A stretch of DNA of 58,617 nt, filler included, from Trypethelium eluteriae (taxonomy: Eukaryota): NCBI GenBank assembly GCA_051942245.1. It is 3 parts of 3 records of this genome, joined end to end, with 100 filler letters (N's around TTAATTAATTAA, not from the genome) between each part and the next. Parts side by side here need not be neighbours in the genome. Positions count along the whole stretch, not along the records: positions 39,170 to 58,617 come from JAVECL010000528.1; 2 more parts are not named here. One strand, given 5' to 3'. Shown one piece after another: positions 51,178-58,617 of the stretch (position 1 is the first letter of the stretch; each line of letters starts with the position of its first letter). The notes under the pieces were generated by a model. The model was given only the letters and a program-made list of their open reading frames with translations, searched no databases and was not told the origin of the DNA. Position numbers and translations under genes: made by a program.

Positions 51178-52817
51178 ATGTCAGTTCACGTTGAACCGAA
51201 TACGCCCTTGGCGGAATCTCTCATAAGCGTCGTCAACCCAAAGCTTGCAGAGTATGGTTGGAGTACTGGAGGCGCAGACGACAATGCGCTGAGCGAGTAC
51301 CTCCTACTCATGCTTGCCAGCGGTAAAACACAGCAAGATGTGGCATCAGAACTCCAGAATGATCTGCTTGGTCTTGACCCCAGTGACCAAGGACCAGCAG
51401 AGTTCTCAAGGTGGCTCTTCCAACAAGTGGAGTCACTAAGTGGAGGATCGGAAAACGGCGCTGCAGGAGTGTCATCACAACCGACTGACGCAAGACAACA
51501 GTCCGACGCAGATATGACAGCAGAGGATAGCACCAAAACAGCACCAGAGGCTGAGATGGCAGATATGCTAGATGCCCCATCAGGAGCGTAAGTGAATCGC
51601 AAACTCAATCTTTGTAAAGAATATTCGCTAATTCCGATAGTCCGACGGGTCCTAGGTCGATGCGGAAAGGATCGCAACCAGGTGCTCGAGGACGCGACAA
51701 GCGGATGTTCGGTCAGCTAAATAAGACAATGGAACGGCCAGGTGGGGATGCATTACATCGCATCAAAGGCGCCGCCGGTGCTGGTCGCATCAATTCGCAC
51801 TCGCGCGAGCCTCCGAAAGGACCAAGGAATTTCATGCGTAATCAACCGATGGGTCCACAAGGCCCAATGGGTGGTATGCTAATGCAGAATATGGGTGCCG
51901 GAGGGGCAGCGCAAGCCTTGATGAACATGAACCCTCAACAGCAAATGCAGTTATTTGCTATGTATGAGGAGCAGGCACGCATGATGGCACAAATACTTTC
52001 ACCACAACAACAGCAACAGATGTTCCCTGGACAGACACCTTTCAATCCGGCACCCAACGGGATGCAATCTCAAGGCCCAAAGACTTCATCAAAGTCTTTG
52101 TTCGAGCGAGTGCAGAAAGGCCCAAGACAGAACGGACAATTCAACAAGCGGAATCAGAACGGCGGTAAACCACAAGGCGATGCCATGGACACAGACGCTC
52201 TCGAAGTCCCCACCGCCGGGGATCCCTCGTCTTCGATGGACGTCGAGAGCTCCCAAGAGTACAAAGAGCCCTCGGAAAGCGTCTGCCGCTTCAACCTCGC
52301 CTGCACCAAGGTCGACTGCCCCTTTGTGCACCAATCCTCGGCCGCCCCTCCCGGCGTAACTATCGACATGACGGACGAGTGCTCGTACGGCGCCGCCTGC
52401 AAGAACCACAAATGCGTCGGCAAACACCCGTCGCCGGCGAAAAAGATCAACTTCCAAGCCGAGCAAGACTGCAAGTTCTTCCCCAACTGCACGAACCCCG
52501 CCTGCCCCTTCAAGCACCCCGACGCGAAGCCCTGCCGCAACGGCGCCGATTGCTCTGTGCCTGGCTGCAAGTTCTTCCACAGCACGGTTAAGTGCAAATA
52601 TAATCCTTGCACGAATGCGTACTGCTTGTACAAGCATGAGGAAGGGCAGAAGCGCGGGAAGTTCGAGGACAAGGTGTGGGTTGCGAATGGAAACAAAGAC
52701 GAGGGTGGTGAGGAGAACCATGTGAGTGAGAGGAAGTTTGTGCAGGACGAGAATAATGAGGAGTTGATTGTTCCTGGGAGCGGCAATACTCAGGAGGAGA
52801 CTCAGATCATCACGTAA
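51178..52817 (+). CDS. NAB2: Nuclear polyadenylated RNA-binding protein Nab2
   Basis: PWI-like N-terminal domain (ALSEYLLLMLASGKTQQDVASEL), a Q/M/G-rich middle, and tandem CCCH fingers (CRFNLACTKVDCPFVH, CKFFPNCTNPACPFKHP). One intron. Confidence 0.92.
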
Positions 52818-54494
52818 GGTGCGGTGGCAGTTATGCAGGATTCACGGACAAATTGGAGGATGAGTGCCGGATCGAATGACGGTTTTCGGCTCGGAAAATG
52901 GAGTTCTACGACTGTACATTAGAATAGACTTGACGAGGATCTCCTGAGCTAAGGAAAGGCTCGTGGATTCGTGGAAGTCTTGACGGATAATGGATGCGGT
53001 TCTACCCACAGCTGGGAATCTGGGTAATGAATTGAAGCCATTCCTTTTGAATGTTTGCATGTTTGACTAGTGAGACCTTAAGTGGGATTGCGAGCTCTAT
53101 TTTGCTCGGTCTAGTAGACCCTCATGACAATCCAAATGCTTGGAGGTGATTTTTACCCCCACAGGCTCAGCGATGCCTTGATGAGGATTTCAAGGACAAA
53201 CAACCTCCAACGAGGACCAGAACGGAGAAAATGAGAGGGAGTAAGAGAAACCAAATAATAGAATGAGCGGCTTTTGAGCATTGGAATTCTCTTTCTCCCT
53301 TGGATAGGCCGGGAAGGCTTCCACGGGACTTCCAGGAATAGTACATGATCAAGACCGCTAAAGAGCCTGAACGGGGGGGAAAAAAGAAAGAATATGTAAA
53401 GAGGGGTAACTTTAGAGTATTAGATCTCTACTTATCCTCTCGTTCCAGAGCTCCCGATAGACTAAGTAAGTAAACTTGCGATGCAAGCTTGAGTACTCTT
53501 ATGTGGAGTCCCTGGTATGCCTAAAAGTCTGATAGCTCGTAGTGATACACCCACAAAACACGCCAGGACTCTCGAGACAAATGCATTTACCGTTACAGGG
53601 AGTAAACTCGGTACTCTGAAGTAGCCTGCAAGCCTTGCTTCTGCTTCCTCGGAACGAGGAGTATTGGTGAAGTCAAGCAAGTAAAATTGAACAAGACGTC
53701 TCCAAAGCAAACGAAGGGGGAGAAACGATAAACCGGCAGAGCGCCTTTGAAAGGGCTTCCTATGTTGTTTTAAAAATGTCTTAGCAAGCGAAGGGTGTGT
53801 CAAGGTATTCAGAGCAAAGCCCTTACGCCTCGAGGGCGGTCTGTTCAGAGATCTGATTCGGGTCTTCGAAGGTGGTGCCATTGCTTCCATGCGACGTTGC
53901 AAAGTCTTGTTTCGCATTACATCGAAAGTCTTCGGTACTACTATTCTCCATATCTAACGAATCATTTTATCTTCATCATATGAATATAATCGGAAGATGT
54001 TCCTAAATAGATGTCGTGAAGAAAGGAGCACGGTGTAAGATAAAAAGGCTCAGTCGAAGCATTCGCTGAGCATGCGTCGTCTCATACACCCAACAACCTA
54101 CCGTTCGATAGAGTATGCCTCACTTTGATCGCTGATAGCCGAGCTTTAGATGCCAAAGTCGTTTCTGGAAGAGTTGGTTGAGAGTACAGAATTTCCATGT
54201 GAACTCTAAGGAGAATTGATCATTTGCTGGTCAGCCTTATCGTGCCGACCCGATATCGCGGGGGAGGGGAAGAAAATAGATAATACGTCATCGGATACTG
54301 ATGGTGCTCATGAATAGGTAAATCGGAAAGATTGCGGGAAGAATGAGAGAGAGCATCTCGTATTCTCTAATTAACTTTTCTCGGTCGAAGCAAGAGAGTC
54401 GTGGATCTTACATTGTCGCACTTCCCGATTAGAAAGTTGATCCGACCTACGCTTCCTCGTGTATAAATATCTAGTTGACTTGTACACGTTCACC

Positions 54495-56149
54495 ATGCCA
54501 AAGAAGCGTAAGTGATTCCGCTTGCACTACTTCTTGCGTATCTTCGCTATTCTCTTTCGAACTGGTGCCGGAGATGAACGGCGAGGAGAAATATAGCACG
54601 CACGCAGCACTCCTTCGTCTGCATTCGCAACTCCGTTCATTTCAAATCAGCCCCATCTCAGCCCTCTGCTTGCGTCAGTGAACAATTTGTATAGCTGACC
54701 TGAAACCGTATCCAGGAGTCCAATGCTGCATATCAGTTGACATTGACGCCGTGGCCGGCTGGCTCGGCTCCTATCAAGGCCAGGATAGCACCTCGGACAT
54801 CTCCAGGGGTCTTTTCGCAGGCACGATTGGTGTCAGGCGACTGCTGAAGATGTTCGACAAGTATGGAATCAAAACCACATGGTTCATCCCAGGGCACTCA
54901 CTCGAGACTTTTCCGGAGGAGTGTCGGATGATTGCCGAAAAGGGGCATGAAATTGGGTTGCATGGATGTACGTGGACTTACCCGGCTTCTTTTTCTCCGA
55001 GGTGCTAGAAATAGAGAGGGAAAGGTAGCATGCATCTACCCATGAATACTGACAAAAGACGCTTGTGTGATAGACTCGCATGAGAACCCGACGGCGATGA
55101 ATCTCGAGCAGCAAACAAAGATTATGGACAAGTGCTACCGTCTCATTAAAGATTTCCAAAACGGGAAACCACCAAGGGGGGTCGTAGCGCCGTGGTGGGA
55201 GTCGAGTCAAGAGGGAGCAGAGTTGATGCTGAGGTATGGATTGGATTATGATCACTGTAGGTCCGAGAGATTCCCCGTTAGGATGAAGCTGAAACAATCT
55301 ATACTATAGCGTTCAGCCACGACGACTGTCAATGCTACTGGCTTCGCACCGGCGATTCCTGGATCCCGATTGAGTACGACAAAAGTCCGGAACATTGGAT
55401 GAAGCCTTTGCAAGCCGGGCCAATGACCGGATTGTGTGAGATTCCGGCAAATTGGGCAAGTCATTGGGCCTCTTCTCTCAGAGTTTTGTTTCGATCTTGA
55501 GCGCTTTTGAGTTTCGTCTCTTCAAATGTCTTTTCGTCCAATCTCCATTACTTTCGTCTCGTCCACATGTTTGGATATCTGTATAGGCAGCAAAAAGCCT
55601 CCCACTGACTGTTTCAAGCACAGTACCTCGACGATCTTCCTCCAATGATGTTCGTGAAGAAAGCACCGAATAGCCACGGCTGGGTGAACCCGAGGGATGT
55701 GGAGGACTTGTGGTTGGACCATTTCAACTACTTCTATCGCGAGTATGAAGAGTTTGTGTTCCCAGTCACAGTGGTAAGTGTCTTGTTGGTACCGGCTTCG
55801 AGACACTTCCTGACGGATGATCCCAGCATCCGGATGTTAGCGGACATCCACATGCACTGCTCATGCTGGAACGGTATGTGTAATGAATTCTGAAAATTCC
55901 CCGGATTGTGGGACTGAAAATGCGTTCTAGGCTAATCGAATACATCAACACAAAAGAAGGTATTGAATGGGTGACGATGGAACAAATAGCAGACGATTTC
56001 AAATCGAAGAATCAACCACCGAGAGGAGCTCTGATGCCGGCAGAGCCTGGGGCTGTTTTACAGAATCCAGGTATTTATCTCTTTATTTGTAAATTCAGTT
56101 GATTGCTGACTCCCATGCTGCAGAATTGCAGCTCAAAACAAACGAGTAG
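54495..56149 (+). CDS. Carbohydrate esterase family 4 deacetylase (HpPgdA/PuuE-like), multi-exon, no signal peptide
   Basis: [54 protein letters not shown] and [16 protein letters not shown] (GC-AG intron). Confidence 0.9.
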
Positions 56150-56988
56150 GCGTTGTTTGTTCTTCTATTCGGCTTAGATTCTACCAGATATAAGCAGGGG
56201 CGGTAGTATCCCTTTTCTGAAATGGTATTGTTCGTTTCAATGTTAACTTGAATCGACGAGTGAAAACTGGATTAAAAGTTATACCAAGGGGATTGTGGAA
56301 AAGAACCACTTGTTTCGGAGTTGGTAGAGTAAGTAAGTTAGGTGAGGCCACCTTCCCAGGGAAATCCTTCCCGCATTGCGTGCAATGCTCCTATCTTCAC
56401 AAAAATTTCCTGCCATCGGAGCAAAGCTGTTCTGGATTTTCAGCTTCTTGTAGTCATGAGATCGCTAGCGAGGCCAGAAAGTGTGTCCTTTTGCAGTCGA
56501 GGGATGCTTGTGCAGTGAATGGAACATTTCACGGATCAGCAGACTCTTCTGCTGCCCTGGGTTTTAGCTCGGCAGGCTTTTAGATCGCTGTGCTCCTTTG
56601 ACGGGGAATGGGAAATGGCACCTGTTGTACATACAACAATGATGACCAGATCGAGGTATCTCGCGCTAAGAAGACGGAAGCTCTTCAGCACTTGCAGTAA
56701 GAGACCAATAGACAGGAGTAGAGGATGGAAGCTTTTCCGACCTCGACAGTATTGGGCATCGTTCCTTATGCGTGAAATAAGCTCGATGTCTCTTCGTGCT
56801 TGTTATAACTTAGCTTGACGTCAAAAAGCTACTTGCGTCGTAAAGACCCTTCTGCGTGAGAGAAAGGCCTTGGTAGAGCAAGAAACATCCAGGTACGTGG
56901 AGGCCGCCGGTGGTTTCAGGAAGTGAACGGTCGAGTATCAACTCGAACGTTTGAGCCTAGCATAGCACTTTTTCCCTATTTGTACGAA

Positions 56989-57834
56989 TCAACCAGCCAT
57001 CCCCTTCCGGTTTCTAACTTGGCCAGTTTTCGAAACTTTTCTATTGGGCAACCTCTTTTCCGACGCATCAATCACCCAGGTTTGGAGAACCTCCTTTTGT
57101 TCGACTTTCTTCTTCTCTCTGTCTTTTGCGTCCTTGACTCGCCGAATGTATCCTGAATAGATTACGACTTCCGCGACAGCCACCACACCGCTACCACTTA
57201 AGCTTAAAGCCAATCGAGACGGGACGCTCCAGTGGCGCGCTGCCATCCAGATCGTGAAACTGCACGCAATGATTGATACCAGTACATTTATGATCAAGGC
57301 CAGCTGTCTGTTGACATCTGCATACGTGACCTCGTCCTCTTCTACTTTTTCGGTTGAGGGGAAGAGATGGGCGTGCGGCGAATTGGAATAGCGTTGGGCG
57401 AATGTTTCCATCTTGGGTGGAGGATTCAGCATGCGCTCATATTTTCTAGCCTCCTCTTCTTCACGTAATCGAGACATCAATGCTTTGTATTCGTCACTCT
57501 ATGGGCTTGCATCAGCGGGGCCTCAGATCAGAGGCGTGCCGCTACTTACAGGCTCTTTCTTGGGTGGAGGAGGAGGAACATAGAGCTTGGCGCCACGGAG
57601 CAGCTCGTCCAGATGATAGGAGACATTTGCCGTTTCCTCGTCGCTTTCTTGATAGTGCTTCTTCAGGTGTCTAGCGATGTCGATGAGCTGTCCATGTGAG
57701 ATAGGATTCCCAACTTCTGGGGCTTCGAGAGAGGGCTCTTGGGGCGATTTGGACCTAATGACATCTTCCAAACCAAGCTTGATGCATGCCTGAATTGCGA
57801 CTACTGTGGAAGTAGTGATGGTAAGGAGAACCAT
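56989..57834 (-). CDS. VMA12: V-ATPase assembly factor Vma12/Vph2 (TMEM199 family), one intron
   Basis: MVLLTIT, PISHGQLIDI, LDELLRGAKLYVPPPPPKKEP|, RLREEEEARKYERM, and two transmembrane segments (QLALIINVLVSIIAC; VVAVAEVVIYSGY). Confidence 0.88.
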
Positions 57835-58143
57835 TTTTGCAGAGGGTACCTGCAGACGGCGGATGTAATCGGAGTCTAGATTTCCATGGATCCGACAGAT
57901 TCGACCCTTGGCAGTCGCGAGCGTCATGCATTTCAGGTACGAAGTACCTTACTTAATTTTTGCTGATCTCAAACGCTAAAGATTTCACCAGGACTTACTC
58001 AACTTCTCAGATTCTACCAGCCTGTGGCAGTTATTTCCCGGCTCTGAGAGTCGCTTGACCTACCCAATAATTAGTAGATCATTTCATAAACCTCATTTCA
58101 TGTGCGCATAAAGGAGCACGCGACATAATTTTTTTCTTCGAGC

Positions 58144-58617
58144 ATGAAGCTCCATATCCCAAAAGCTCCAATGCTTACCATTGGAGCATTCTCCTCCCGA
58201 CCTCGAATTCCGCGATGCCCTCAATGCCTCCATCCTTTTCCATCCCTTCAATATGCATATTATCACCCTTCTCGAAGAAGATCTCAATCTGCGTGGGCCG
58301 CCGCAGTCTCTGCTGCTCAAAACGTCTTCAACAATGATCCACCACCGCAAGCCTCTCCAATATCAATCGATCCAATCCGGACTGTAGCGAAAGAGATGAA
58401 GTTCTTGACAGGCAATATAAGACAATTACTCGGTTCCGGACACCCTACGTTAGACACCGTCGCGAAATACTACACCCAATCCGAGGGCAAATTCATCCGT
58501 CCGATGCTTGTCCTACTCATGTCACAAGCCACAGCAAGCATGTCGCAGACCTCACGAAGAAACACAGATATCTCCTCTCAAGGCATCAACACTCCCCTCA
58601 CCCCCCCGAGCATTCTC
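58144..58617 (+). CDS. COQ1: Mitochondrial polyprenyl diphosphate synthase Coq1, N-terminal part (runs off the window)
   Basis: A presequence is followed by IDPIRTVAKEMKFLTGNIRQLLGSGHPTLDTVAKYYTQSEGKFIRPMLVLLMSQA, with the frame open to the window end. Confidence 0.9.
   Translation, partial: MKLHIPKAPMLTIGAFSSRPRIPRCPQCLHPFPSLQYAYYHPSRRRSQSAWAAAVSAAQNVFNNDPPPQASPISIDPIRTVAKEMKFLTGNIRQLLGSGHPTLDTVAKYYTQSEGKFIRPMLVLLMSQATASMSQTSRRNTDISSQGINTPLTPPSIL

Noticed and set aside
52818..53400. Yeast-like poly(A)-tract autoregulatory element downstream of NAB2
   Set aside because: There is no long genomic A-tract, only a short GAAAAAAGAAAG.
56248..56818. Short Cys-containing ORFs between the deacetylase and VMA12
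   Set aside because: There is no coherent spliced model or recognisable motif.

Overview
This is a compact, intron-containing fungal genomic window (filamentous ascomycete, Pezizomycotina, judged from GTRAGT/CTRAC/YAG introns of about 50 nt and from gene content). It holds about 24 protein-coding genes, many in head-to-head pairs. Housekeeping genes: MAS2 (partial), an MTC2-like protein, VPS16, a short kinesin-3, TRM3, TUF1, EHD3, a mitochondrial J-protein (partial), MAP2, DES1, a PQ-loop transporter, a Mid2-like sensor, a nucleotide-sugar transporter, NAB2, VMA12 and COQ1 (partial). Other genes: two Zn2Cys6 transcription factors, an F-box/LRR-like protein, an NCS1 permease, a CE4 deacetylase, a secreted RNase-like protein and two hypothetical proteins. 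Two 100-nt N gaps carry an artificial TTAATTAATTAA linker. Most notable observations: (1) recurrent 0.6-1 kb GC-rich islands in which composition flips from C/A-rich to G/T-rich regardless of gene orientation; (2) a secreted T1-RNase-fold protein with a YxC motif, all four catalytic residues apparently replaced, and an acidic/PPRG tail; (3) a MITE-like 29-bp perfect inverted repeat inside an NCS1 intron; (4) three GC-AG introns; (5) clustered promoter motifs. All calls were read by eye and no database searches were run.
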